This document shows, piece after piece, positions 8,010 through 16,715 of a DNA stretch of 64,000 bases. The translations under genes and the position numbers were made by a program. A model generated the notes under the pieces. That model worked only from the letters and a program-made list of their open reading frames with translations. It was not told where the DNA came from and ran no database searches. Position 1 is the stretch's first letter; each line of letters begins with the position of its first letter. The DNA lies in IMG/VR virus record IMGVR_UViG_3300030497_000009; one strand, given 5' to 3'. The stretch comes from a virus.

Positions 8010-8974
8010 TGAAAAGTGTTTATATAATCGTAGACAAGCGTAATGGTAGCTCTGTATTTGTTAAATGCACTAATGAGGAAGATGTGTTGACGCAGATATC
8101 GTTTCATACGCACGATGTACAACATATTACACAAGTATTTGAAGATGGTACAACGAAACAGCTAACGATTGAGTTTGATGGAAAGCTGAAATTAGTAGAG
8201 AAAAAGAAAAAAGAAGACAACGTAAAGCTAGTAATGGATGGTACAGAGATTAATACATTCCAAGCGTTACCTGTCTACCCCCACCTTCATAAATTCAAAG
8301 AGGTACTAACACCTGAAGAAGCTGATGAAGTTATGAAAGATGATCCTTATGTTACTGAAACAATAACGAGTGATGGCTCAAGGTATGTAGATGGTATTCC
8401 TGTGTTACCTAAGAAGAAACCTAAGATGAACGTTATTGTATTAGCTGACGTAGTAGGTAACTTGAAGACTGCTCATAGAGAAGCATATGATGTAATTGAA
8501 AAGTTATTCTATAAGAAGATAGCTGAGAAGGGCTATGATATTAACCTTGTGAGTAGAAGGGCGTTAAAAGATTCTTGGAGTACTGAAGTTCATAAGCTTG
8601 ATCCGTTCCCTGTACAGAGTGGGCAAGAAAGCAGACCGGCTTGGATTAGTGGAATAGAAGATGCGAGACACCTGCTGTCCAATAAGAAAGATAACCCAAC
8701 GGCTGTACTATTGCTGTCTGGTGGTAAATACTATACTGGTGACACCGGAGCGATTAAAGGTAAACTTAAACAACTAGCGAGTGACGTTGACCATGTTCAG
8801 CTATACGAGTTTGGTAGTGGCTATGGACATACGTTCTATTCTGTAGTAGGTGATGCGGTTGACTCTCCTGAGCTACGACGTAAGATTCAACGTAACTTTG
8901 ATAACGACTTTAACGAGCTGTATTCACGTAATACGCTATACTTTGATGGCTATTTAAAAGACGCGAAAAACTGA
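8009..8974 (+). CDS. Two-domain protein with degenerate vWA-like C-terminal domain (paralog 2)
   Basis: VIVLADVVG ... AVLLLSGGK ... VQLYEFG; N-terminal domain also paralogous (YII...G...V....E..VL..I; KLVEKKK). Confidence 0.55.
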   Translation: MKSVYIIVDKRNGSSVFVKCTNEEDVLTQISFHTHDVQHITQVFEDGTTKQLTIEFDGKLKLVEKKKKEDNVKLVMDGTEINTFQALPVYPHLHKFKEVLTPEEADEVMKDDPYVTETITSDGSRYVDGIPVLPKKKPKMNVIVLADVVGNLKTAHREAYDVIEKLFYKKIAEKGYDINLVSRRALKDSWSTEVHKLDPFPVQSGQESRPAWISGIEDARHLLSNKKDNPTAVLLLSGGKYYTGDTGAIKGKLKQLASDVDHVQLYEFGSGYGHTFYSVVGDAVDSPELRRKIQRNFDNDFNELYSRNTLYFDGYLKDAKN

Positions 8975-8988
8975 TTTTAAAGATGTAT

Positions 8989-9024
8989 GCTGAGGTGTCC
9001 ACTAGACGATGCCTCAGCTTTTTC
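8989..9024 (+). terminator. Intrinsic terminator
   Basis: GCTGAGG...CCTCAGC stem followed by a T-tract. Confidence 0.7.
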
Positions 9025-9211
9025 TTTTAAATACCTTTCCTGTTGATTTGGAGCTTTTAAATGACAAAACGGTATTTTTTGGTGATGGTTTTAAATGTCC
9101 AGTCCAGCCGGCATGTGAGCATCCTTTTCTCTGTCATTTTAAATTAAAACGATAAAAACTTTGAGGTTTTAAAGTGATATTGAATGGTAAGAATGTGCAT
9201 AAAAGGAAGGA

Positions 9212-9949
9212 TTGGTGGATGAAATGGAACCAAAATCAAAGCTCGAATTGATGTGTGAGTGGGTTAAGCGACCTTTTGTTGATAAACAGTTAGATGATGG
9301 AGTGAGTCCGAATAAGGTGGCGGACTGGTGTACGGAGAATGGCTTTAGTATAAGCACTCCGATGATGTACACGTATGCGCGTAGACGTAAAGAAGCGATC
9401 ACGCGTGGAATCCCTATAGAAATGGTCATGAATAAGAATAAGCATCCAGGTATGAAGCTGGAAAGCGATCCGACTCCTAAGGCTAAGAAGAAGAAACGTG
9501 CGAAGAAGAAAAAGCCCCATCCGAACGCTGGAAAGTCTCCGATGACGGAGGAAGCACAGGCACGTATGCAAGAACAGCGTAGGCTGGACAACCTGACTAC
9601 TCCTAAGCTACGAAGCGACTATGAGCTCCTAGACGTTATTATGCAGAAAGGGTTAGAAACGATGGCCAATATGGACGTGGTGGCTCCTAAGGATGCCCTG
9701 AAAGCCCTTGAATTAAAGCATAAGTTTACGGGTGGAGCGCATAATGGTCTTACTATCTATGGAGTGGAAGAGATTAGACTGCGAGAAGCCGCACGTGAGA
9801 GCGCGATGACAGCTATATTACTAGAGTTTATTCCAGAAGACAAGCATGAAGCCGTACTGGAGCGCATGGAGGAAGCCACTAAAGAGTTCTATGAAGGTTT
9901 AGGGCTAGGCGATGAGTATAACCAAATGGAGGAGGCAGAAGAAGCTTAA
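9212..9949 (+). CDS. Conserved Herelleviridae-type hypothetical (N-terminal HTH-like, basic linker)
   Basis: VDKQLDDG...FSIS....Y...RKEAI..GIP and LDVIMQKG...KALELK..TG...G...G..E.RLR..A.E.AM...LL.FIPEDKHE pattern recalled from SPO1/Twort-like phages; not database-checked. Confidence 0.6.
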   Translation: MVDEMEPKSKLELMCEWVKRPFVDKQLDDGVSPNKVADWCTENGFSISTPMMYTYARRRKEAITRGIPIEMVMNKNKHPGMKLESDPTPKAKKKKRAKKKKPHPNAGKSPMTEEAQARMQEQRRLDNLTTPKLRSDYELLDVIMQKGLETMANMDVVAPKDALKALELKHKFTGGAHNGLTIYGVEEIRLREAARESAMTAILLEFIPEDKHEAVLERMEEATKEFYEGLGLGDEYNQMEEAEEA

Positions 9950-10122
9950 TGACTAACGAAGAGCGCGTAAATAAGATGATTGAAGAGCTAACCAACGATT
10001 TACGAGAAGCACTAGAACCATACGTGGGCAAACCCTTTACTGCGGAGGAGCAAGCCAAGGCTATTGAGGATGCTAATAGTACCTGTATTAAGTATATTAC
10101 GATAAACGGTATATCAGAATAA
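9949..10122 (+). CDS. 57-aa hypothetical protein
   Basis: TAATG coupling, GGAGG RBS. Confidence 0.6.
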   Translation: MTNEERVNKMIEELTNDLREALEPYVGKPFTAEEQAKAIEDANSTCIKYITINGISE

Positions 10123-10241
10123 CAACATTTTTCTTCCACCCCGTCGGTGAAGTTGTCTCGAAATTGACACGATTGCTTTAACCATGAGGATCTAATGAAA
10201 ACAGACATATTATACAGTGAATAGTAATGTTGACAGCACAG

Positions 10242-10274
10242 GGAGCAGGTTCCTGTGCTTTTGTCTTTTATTAG
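10242..10274 (+). promoter_or_regulatory. Phage-sigma (middle-like) promoter overlapping an inverted repeat
   Basis: GGAGCA-N18-TTTTATTAG inside GCACAGG...CCTGTGC. Confidence 0.75.
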
Positions 10275-10288
10275 GTATCTAAAGGAGG

Positions 10289-10603
10289 TTGTTAATAATG
10301 ATATATTCTGTAATAGGCTTTACTGATTCGATGATGCTTAATCTATACGTGGGTGACGAGATTCATAGGGCTATTAGGATGATACAAGCCGATCCGAACG
10401 TAATGGTGGAATGCTGGAAAGATGGGGAGCAACGTTATCTCGTAAGAACAGTTCCTGACAAAGAGTTAATCGAGGTTGCTTACTATGCGGATGGTAACGT
10501 ATCGTTGGGTGAGCCACTCGTTATTAGTAAACTAGACCATTATCCGATTAAAGAGTTTGGGTATTCACGAGTTATCCATACGCTGACGTGGGGTGCTAGA
10601 TGA
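10289..10603 (+). CDS. Hypothetical protein
   Basis: ORF after promoter, AAGGAGG RBS. Confidence 0.7.
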   Translation: MLIMIYSVIGFTDSMMLNLYVGDEIHRAIRMIQADPNVMVECWKDGEQRYLVRTVPDKELIEVAYYADGNVSLGEPLVISKLDHYPIKEFGYSRVIHTLTWGAR

Positions 10604-10902
10604 TGACTAACTATAAAACGATTCAGATGGTTACTAAGAAGTTCACGAGTAAGGATATGGCGGTTGAGAATGTACCGGCTAGAGAGGTTGACGTTACTGC
10701 TGACCATGATCCTACCAAGAATAAGTTCGCGATAAAGCTAGGCAATAAGTGGCGTGTTATTTGGCTGTTAGAGGTTTATATGCCGGCTCGTGGTATCAAA
10801 GTATTCGATTATAAAAACGAATGGTCTGACGAGCTAGAAAGGCAGTACAGAGTATGTAGAGGTAGCAATAAACTAAATGGTAGGAGACCAGAAGAATGCT
10901 GA
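10600..10902 (+). CDS. Hypothetical protein
   Basis: Coupled ORF. Confidence 0.65.
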   Translation: MMTNYKTIQMVTKKFTSKDMAVENVPAREVDVTADHDPTKNKFAIKLGNKWRVIWLLEVYMPARGIKVFDYKNEWSDELERQYRVCRGSNKLNGRRPEEC

Positions 10903-11054
10903 AAACGCCTTTGACCTACGAGCAAAAGAAATGGTATTTAATCGGCTATATTACAGCCCAGTCAGAATCGTTGTCTGAGAGCTTAAAGATTACGAAAGAG
11001 CAAGCCAGAGAGCTACTACTTGAGGAACTAAAGTCAATGAGGGGTGCTAAGTGA
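10896..11054 (+). CDS. 52-aa hypothetical protein
   Basis: MLKTPLTYEQKKWYLIG...; AGGAG RBS. Confidence 0.55.
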   Translation: MLKTPLTYEQKKWYLIGYITAQSESLSESLKITKEQARELLLEELKSMRGAK

Positions 11055-11060
11055 ACACAG

Positions 11061-11093
11061 GGAGAAGATTCCTGTGTTTTCGTCTTTTATTAG
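11061..11093 (+). promoter_or_regulatory. Phage-sigma (middle-like) promoter overlapping an inverted repeat
   Basis: GGAGAA-N18-TTTTATTAG inside AACACAGG...CCTGTGTT. Confidence 0.75.
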
Positions 11094-11113
11094 AGAGAAA
11101 GGAGTGAACAATA

Positions 11114-11146
11114 ATGGCGATTAATATTCCGTTTCTGACAAAATAA
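11114..11146 (+). CDS. 10-aa leader peptide (uORF) upstream of the Rep-like gene
   Basis: AAAGGAG RBS then MAINIPFLTK-stop; translation is unproven. Confidence 0.35.
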   Translation: MAINIPFLTK

Positions 11147-11215
11147 AGACCTCACTGTTGGATATTATAGGTTGAGCCTAGGAAACTCAACTTCACAACA
11201 GGAGGTCTTGAGAAG

Positions 11216-12112
11216 ATGTATAAAAATAATATAAACAAAGACAGCAAGAATCTTTATGAGAACGAAAAGAAGGGTGGAAGGTTTGTGTTTGTAAACATGT
11301 CAGATGAATCGTATAACAGTTTGCTTAAGCTAGAAATAAAGACAGCCGGTGTGCTCTTCAAGCTTATCTGTAATATGGACTGGGATGGGTTTGTAAAGAC
11401 TAAGAAGAGTGGCGACTCAGCGTTCCTGTTACCGCGTAAAGCGTTAGAAGGTACTATTTTGACCGGTATAAGTAAGAAGCCCCTGAGAGAAGCTATAAAC
11501 GCGTTGAGTGCCTGTGGATTTCTCGAAGAGTTAACCGTAAACGATGTTAAAGGCAAGGAAGGATTACGCCTGAAGACTTCAACGAAGAATAAAGATAAGT
11601 TTCTACGCGTTACGAACAAGGTTGCGTTCAAAGGTAAGCTAAAAGATAATGGTGTCAAGCAGGGAGAGCAATACCGTGTGTACACCGATGCGTTCTATGA
11701 TATGTTAGCCAACCTAGATGATGAACCATCGCTGGAAGCATGTGGTATTCTGCTTAAGATGGGCTTACTATTAAATAGACGTTACAACGTTGTCACTAGG
11801 GATACGCAGAATCTCAACCCGTTGGACATTAAGCCTTTAGGGATTATGGAGTTTACAGAAACGATTGGAGTGTCAGATAAAGTATTCAGAAAGCATATGA
11901 CCAACCTAGTTAGAACGGCTAAAGATGCATTTATCATAACTGGTACACTCGGTTACTATGGTTTAGAGGGTAGAGCATCGAACCAGCGAATTATCTCTGT
12001 CGATCCTATCATCCTTTGTAAAGGTACGGAAGCCAAGACAGGGTTTGAGTTCGTTGCGGACTTGAAGGAAGAGCTTAAGAAAGGTGAACAACTATTCGAG
12101 CTACCTTATTAA
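11216..12112 (+). CDS. Tandem winged-helix DNA-binding protein, plasmid/phage replication-initiator-like
   Basis: Two similar halves (AGVLFKLI...GISKKPLREAINAL..CG..VAFKG and CGILLKM..LLN..YNVV..D..N.N...IKPL...IGVS...F.K.M..L...VDP...KG), as in Firmicute Rep-like proteins. Confidence 0.5.
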   Translation: MYKNNINKDSKNLYENEKKGGRFVFVNMSDESYNSLLKLEIKTAGVLFKLICNMDWDGFVKTKKSGDSAFLLPRKALEGTILTGISKKPLREAINALSACGFLEELTVNDVKGKEGLRLKTSTKNKDKFLRVTNKVAFKGKLKDNGVKQGEQYRVYTDAFYDMLANLDDEPSLEACGILLKMGLLLNRRYNVVTRDTQNLNPLDIKPLGIMEFTETIGVSDKVFRKHMTNLVRTAKDAFIITGTLGYYGLEGRASNQRIISVDPIILCKGTEAKTGFEFVADLKEELKKGEQLFELPY

Positions 12113-12370
12113 GCCTATTGCTAGCCCAATTCTCCAATTTGAACCCGAACTGCCCAATGTATTCTCCATTTTGACAACAATTAAAATGCGTGAGTATCTG
12201 AGCATACAGAAGGGGTAAAGGAGCAAAAGCTTCCACATTTACTTCATTTATCTCAACAAGTAAAACGATGTTGTACATGCCGAAGGTATGAAAGAGCTGG
12301 TATGCTGGTGTGGTTTATGATTACTCGCTTACGCTCGTAATCAGTCCAACAGGACGTAATGTACAAATAA
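12113..12370. other. Non-coding origin-like region
   Basis: Imperfect direct repeats GCCCAAT(GTA)TCTCCA(A/T)TTTGA at 12124 and 12152; hairpins GATTAC/GTAATC and GTCC/GGAC followed by TGTACAA. Confidence 0.4.
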
Positions 12371-12392
12371 AAAAGATATGGTGAACAACGCA

Positions 12393-12425
12393 GGAGCAGA
12401 TTCCTGCGTTTTCATCTTTTATTAG
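12393..12425 (+). promoter_or_regulatory. Phage-sigma (middle-like) promoter overlapping an inverted repeat
   Basis: GGAGCA-N18-TTTTATTAG inside AACGCAGG...CCTGCGTT. Confidence 0.75.
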
Positions 12426-12449
12426 GTAAATAAGCTAGGAGGTATTGAC

Positions 12450-12788
12450 ATGGGAAAAGAGATTACGTATGTTTTATTATTGTGTACTCGTAATACGATT
12501 ACGCAGGAAGGTATGCTTTCTAACGGGCTGGTAACGTCTGACCCACAAGCTATTATTGGTGCGATGATAGACCACGCGAAGAACGAGAGTACAAGAAAGT
12601 TTAGTGAACCACGTTGGTGGATGACGGAGGTTTGGGTTGACGGTAAGAAAACCTATGAGATTCACCACTTATCCCGTTGTGTTACACTGGCTGACGCTCA
12701 GAAGCCTATCTGCTTTGAAGAATACGACTATGACCTTGGTTGCTTCGATAGAGTTATAGACCGCGTAAGAGAGTTGGTGGGCGAATGA
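12450..12788 (+). CDS. Hypothetical protein
   Basis: AGGAGG RBS. Confidence 0.7.
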   Translation: MGKEITYVLLLCTRNTITQEGMLSNGLVTSDPQAIIGAMIDHAKNESTRKFSEPRWWMTEVWVDGKKTYEIHHLSRCVTLADAQKPICFEEYDYDLGCFDRVIDRVRELVGE

Positions 12789-12910
12789 TAGACCTTATAA
12801 CGAGTAACACGTTTACACTAGCTGTTGGAATCTTTCTGGTGGTGTTTGGGTCAATCGAAACTATCCGCACCATCAAAGAAATTCGTCGTGAACGAAAGGG
12901 GAAGAAATAA
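12785..12910 (+). CDS. 41-aa membrane peptide
   Basis: One hydrophobic helix plus basic tail; coupled on both sides. Confidence 0.6.
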   Translation: MIDLITSNTFTLAVGIFLVVFGSIETIRTIKEIRRERKGKK

Positions 12911-13200
12911 TGGCTACTTACGTCGTAATGAAAGAGAATACGAGCGACCACTCGTCCGACTATACGCTGTACGCTGGTACAAAGGCTGGTAAGGCGATGA
13001 ATAAGGTTGAGAACGAAGAGAAAGACTCAACCTATACAGAAGTGTGGGTGCGTGGAGAACATCTTTATACGGTGACTGGTAACAGTCGATTTGAAGAATG
13101 GTGGGTGTATCGATTCAGCGATGAGAACAATTATCGTTACCACTGGAAAGACTACACGCTTCAAGATTTATTATTTAAGTTGGCGGTGGGTACGTTATGA
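12910..13200 (+). CDS. Hypothetical protein
   Basis: Coupled ORF. Confidence 0.7.
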   Translation: MATYVVMKENTSDHSSDYTLYAGTKAGKAMNKVENEEKDSTYTEVWVRGEHLYTVTGNSRFEEWWVYRFSDENNYRYHWKDYTLQDLLFKLAVGTL

Positions 13201-13358
13201 AGTGGATATTCTACTCTGTCCTGACTATCTCTGTTTCTTGGTTTATTAGTCTGTTAGTTCTACGCAGTATGATAAAGCGCATGGAAGAAGCAGAAGCGAA
13301 CTATTGTAAGAACTGCTCAACGTTTATATTAAAGTCTCAGAAAGGTGGAAAAGAATAA
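13197..13358 (+). CDS. 53-aa membrane peptide with CxxC
   Basis: Hydrophobic N-terminus, YCKNC; coupled. Confidence 0.6.
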   Translation: MKWIFYSVLTISVSWFISLLVLRSMIKRMEEAEANYCKNCSTFILKSQKGGKE

Positions 13359-13543
13359 TGCCTGTGTTTTATATAATTGGTATGTTAATCGTTGGTATTA
13401 CTATCTATTCAGTAATTGAAGCTGTGTTGCATCACCGAGAAGCTATGGCTAAGATTCAACGTACCGACTTTGTTTGTAAGGTGTGTCAAAAGACCACGCG
13501 CGCTGTGGTTGATAACAAAGAGCTAAACGGTGATAGACTATGA
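13358..13543 (+). CDS. Membrane peptide with CxxC
   Basis: Hydrophobic N-terminus, VCKVC. Confidence 0.65.
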   Translation: MPVFYIIGMLIVGITIYSVIEAVLHHREAMAKIQRTDFVCKVCQKTTRAVVDNKELNGDRL

Positions 13544-13800
13544 GATATTCCGTTGCTAAAGGTATCATAAAAGAGCTTCACGCCCACGGGTGGGAGCTCC
13601 TGCCCCGTATAGGTTCTTATGAGAAAGAATGGAAGTTTGGTGAATATCGATTACGCTATGCTATCTCGTTTATTCAGGTGTGTAGTCAACCAAGGGAACT
13701 AAAGGCGTACCTGAAGTTCCTTGACCAGATGAAGTATAGAGAGTTAGTACACTCTGTAGTATCAGAGCCGAAAGGGGACGTAAGTAATGAGAATAGTTGA
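13540..13800 (+). CDS. Hypothetical protein
   Basis: Coupled ORF. Confidence 0.65.
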   Translation: MRYSVAKGIIKELHAHGWELLPRIGSYEKEWKFGEYRLRYAISFIQVCSQPRELKAYLKFLDQMKYRELVHSVVSEPKGDVSNENS

Positions 13801-14185
13801 TGTCCAAATAATAACGATAAGCGCGGATGAGTTCGGTGTTCGTGTTCATCTTGATAACCTTGAAGAAGTGGATTTGAATATTGCTAAGAAAGCTATACCG
13901 ATGGCTGGCTATATAAGTGCTGAAAGATGGCTACGTGGGGATACTGGTAGAGCTTGGTTGCGTGGGTTGGTAATCGGTAAGAAGGTGGACGAGCTAATGA
14001 AGAATAAGCCCACTCAACTAAAGGTAACACCTCCTGGGCATGCCATCATGCTAACACCGGCTGACTGGAAGGACATAGCTGACGACTTACACACAGCGAG
14101 AGCTATTTTCTCTCAAGACCTTACACCGGCTTCAGAGAAGTTTATTAGATACGTAGAAACTATGGAGGGAACGCAGAGTGAATAA
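13787..14185 (+). CDS. Hypothetical protein
   Basis: ORF with AAGGGG RBS. Confidence 0.65.
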   Translation: MRIVDVQIITISADEFGVRVHLDNLEEVDLNIAKKAIPMAGYISAERWLRGDTGRAWLRGLVIGKKVDELMKNKPTQLKVTPPGHAIMLTPADWKDIADDLHTARAIFSQDLTPASEKFIRYVETMEGTQSE

Positions 14186-14555
14186 GAAAACTAGAGTATA
14201 CAACACGGACTACCACGGGAGCCAGTATCGATTCGAAGAGAAACGTGGGAGCATCGGTATTTACGTTAATGGAGATTACTGGGGAAGCCCTCAGGGAGAG
14301 CGTTTCATACGTGCTCTCCTAGATGATATCGAAGAGTTAGGCGCGGAAGTAATCGCGTTACGCGAACAGGCAGGGCTGTCTACATCTTCTCATTTATATA
14401 GAGGGATCGAGAGTTTAATTGGTAAGCTAGAAGCCGAGAAGGAGCCTGTCTGTAAGGGTTGTCAAAATAAGATAGGCACGTTATTCGGACACCCAAGTGG
14501 TTATTGCTATACTTGCTATCGTAAGATTAAAGACGCAGGAGGGAACCCAGATTGA
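14178..14555 (+). CDS. Hypothetical protein with C-terminal zinc finger
   Basis: CKGC...CYTC. Confidence 0.65.
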   Translation: MNKKTRVYNTDYHGSQYRFEEKRGSIGIYVNGDYWGSPQGERFIRALLDDIEELGAEVIALREQAGLSTSSHLYRGIESLIGKLEAEKEPVCKGCQNKIGTLFGHPSGYCYTCYRKIKDAGGNPD

Positions 14556-14746
14556 GTTATAAAGCCCGTTATATGTGCGAGGAGACACACGATGAATACG
14601 TAGCCGGTCAAATGTACACCATAGAAGAAGGTGGCATGGAAGACGACTTTGGAATAGATTGTCGTACTTGGAAAGTAGAGGGTAAAGACGTGGATATCTC
14701 GAAGTTCCACTGTGTCCACATAAACATAAAACAAGAAATAGATTAA
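14552..14746 (+). CDS. Small hypothetical protein
   Basis: TTG start with GGAGGG RBS. Confidence 0.6.
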   Translation: MSYKARYMCEETHDEYVAGQMYTIEEGGMEDDFGIDCRTWKVEGKDVDISKFHCVHINIKQEID

Positions 14747-14757
14747 GTTTAACTTAG

Positions 14758-14781
14758 GGCTTACATACGTGTAAGCCTTTT
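14758..14781 (+). terminator. Intrinsic terminator
   Basis: GGCTTACA-TACG-TGTAAGCC-TTTT. Confidence 0.8.
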
Positions 14782-14872
14782 GTCTTGTTCTAAAAAGGTG
14801 TTAACCTTATGTTAAACTAGTGGGCGTCCTAGCCCCTTGTGAGTTCCCGATTACTAATTTGTTGTACAGGAA

Positions 14873-14906
14873 AGAGTAAACTTTTGAGTGTTAGCCTTTT
14901 ATTAAG
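14873..14906 (+). promoter_or_regulatory. Phage-sigma (middle-like) promoter
   Basis: AGAGTA-N18-TTTTATTAAG. Confidence 0.65.
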
Positions 14907-14941
14907 TGTAAGTTAAATCGAGAGAAAAAGGAGAGATTCGA

Positions 14942-16591
14942 ATGAGTTTTACTTTTGGAAATAATCAGAATATGAATGCGTATACGGTGGAAGATAGTGA
15001 CCGCGATGGTTACAGAGAGTTCTTACAATCTGTTAAAGTTAACTTTAGTCATAAACTAAATGGTGGTTACAAGCTCTTTACGACAGCTGCTATTGAGCTG
15101 TTCGATACGTTCTTAGTTTACCTACCTGCTGAGGCACGACTTCATTATACTTGTAATGCTTGCCGTCACTTCGTTAATCGCTTTGGTGGATTGGTAACTA
15201 TCGATGAGAAAGGGCTACCACACTCTGCGATGTGGAATGAAGAGCTAGTTCCTGACTTCTTCAAACCGGCTGTACGCCAGATGCGTATTAACGTAGAAAT
15301 GTCTTCTGTATCCGGTGTGTTTATCGCTGGTGAAACAACGCTAGGGTATCCGATGGCTGGTGGTTGGTCTCACCTAGCTGTAGAGGTTCCATACTCTGAG
15401 TTATACCGTGACCGTTACGGGTTGAAAACGGCTGGCCAGATGGCTGCTGAGAAGCGAGAAGATTTTATCATGCTACAAAACGCGCTAGCTAAATATGGAC
15501 AAAGCACTATCGAGACAGCTTATGAGCTTCTAAAGTCGGATAGCCTTTACCGTGGTGAGAAAACGGTTGGTATGTGTAAATGGTTACTAAACGTTAAGCG
15601 TGATGTAAACTCTACGAACATCGCTAGACGTAAAGAGAACAAGATGTGGAAGGCTGTATCAACGGCTCCAACTGGCTTTACGCACGTTAGCTCTTCTATG
15701 ATTGGTACGCTATTAGATGATATTAACGAAGGTATGGACTTCGCTACTGTGAAACGTCGCTTCGATGATAAGATGGATCCTATGAAATACCAACGCCCAC
15801 AAGCTCCACCTAAAGCTGGTAATATCGCTCGTGGTGAAGAAATCATTAAAGCGATGGGTGCTGAACGTTCACTAGAACGACGATTCGCACGCCTAGATGA
15901 AATCAAAACTATCTGGAAATCACGTACTAAACAAGCTCCTGTAGCTGGTGGTGTATTTGGTCACTTAACGGCTCGTCACGACTCTAGCAAAGCAAATAAG
16001 ACTAACATGAGTGAAGTGGGCATGAAAAAGGTGACATGGGAGAAGTTTAAAGCTACGATCCTACCGTTTGCTGAAAACATCGAGTATAAGGTACAAGGTG
16101 GTTCAGACAACTATTCTGGTATCCTGACTGCTGTACACGACGATGCTCCACCAATCATCCAGTGGGACTCCGAGGAAGCGCGTAATCCGTTTAGTCACTA
16201 CGTATATAACGGTGGTTCACCTGCTAGCCGTTGGGGATTAACGATGGGATGGACAAAAGTAAACGCGGTAACGTACCAACCATCAGCTTGGCAGGAAGGT
16301 TTCGAACACCAAGGCAACGCGGTCTACTTCATCTTAGACGGTGCGAAGGATATCAACTTTGCTAGCCGATATACGGGTGGAAGCAACTGCTTATTCCCTG
16401 AAATCTTGAAGAGCGAACTTCGTGAAATACGTTCTACTATCGAAGCTTTCTCAGCTAGCAAAACGATAGAAGGGTATGAAGATGCGAGCGCGTGCGGTAT
16501 CCGTCTACAGAAAGGGCATGACTGGAATGCTGTATTACGTGTAACAACGGCTACGAATGTACAGCTTTATAAAATCGACAGATGGGATTGA
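14942..16591 (+). CDS. 549-aa conserved phage protein of unknown function with HYxCxxC motif
   Basis: Long ORF with strong RBS; HYTCNACRHF; no catalytic family recognised. Confidence 0.8.
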   Translation: MSFTFGNNQNMNAYTVEDSDRDGYREFLQSVKVNFSHKLNGGYKLFTTAAIELFDTFLVYLPAEARLHYTCNACRHFVNRFGGLVTIDEKGLPHSAMWNEELVPDFFKPAVRQMRINVEMSSVSGVFIAGETTLGYPMAGGWSHLAVEVPYSELYRDRYGLKTAGQMAAEKREDFIMLQNALAKYGQSTIETAYELLKSDSLYRGEKTVGMCKWLLNVKRDVNSTNIARRKENKMWKAVSTAPTGFTHVSSSMIGTLLDDINEGMDFATVKRRFDDKMDPMKYQRPQAPPKAGNIARGEEIIKAMGAERSLERRFARLDEIKTIWKSRTKQAPVAGGVFGHLTARHDSSKANKTNMSEVGMKKVTWEKFKATILPFAENIEYKVQGGSDNYSGILTAVHDDAPPIIQWDSEEARNPFSHYVYNGGSPASRWGLTMGWTKVNAVTYQPSAWQEGFEHQGNAVYFILDGAKDINFASRYTGGSNCLFPEILKSELREIRSTIEAFSASKTIEGYEDASACGIRLQKGHDWNAVLRVTTATNVQLYKIDRWD

Positions 16592-16597
16592 TTGACT

Positions 16598-16628
16598 GGG
16601 GTGGGCTTAGTGCTCACTCCTTTTTCTT
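16598..16628 (+). terminator. Intrinsic terminator
   Basis: GGGGTGGGC-TTAGT-GCTCACTCC plus T-tract. Confidence 0.75.
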
Positions 16629-16653
16629 TGCCTAAAATGTTATGTACAACAAA

Positions 16654-16686
16654 GGAGTAGAAAGCTGACGTGAGGGCTTTTATTAG
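16654..16686 (+). promoter_or_regulatory. Phage-sigma (middle-like) promoter
   Basis: GGAGTA-N18-TTTTATTAG. Confidence 0.75.
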
Positions 16687-16715
16687 ACGTAGATTAGATA
16701 AGGGAGGAAATTAAA

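Noticed and set aside
10122-10232. 110-nt non-coding gap with a small TGTC/GACA hairpin, considered as an sRNA
   Set aside because: Only a 4-bp stem, no clear promoter or terminator, no second copy.
10935-10945. GGTATTTAA, the reverse complement of the TTAAATACC motif of the origin-like elements
   Set aside because: It lies inside the coding sequence 10896-11054 (W-Y-L codons) and is probably chance.
14785-14862. Possible small RNA between the terminator and the middle-like promoter
   Set aside because: Weak promoter match and an unconvincing fold; no supporting repeat.
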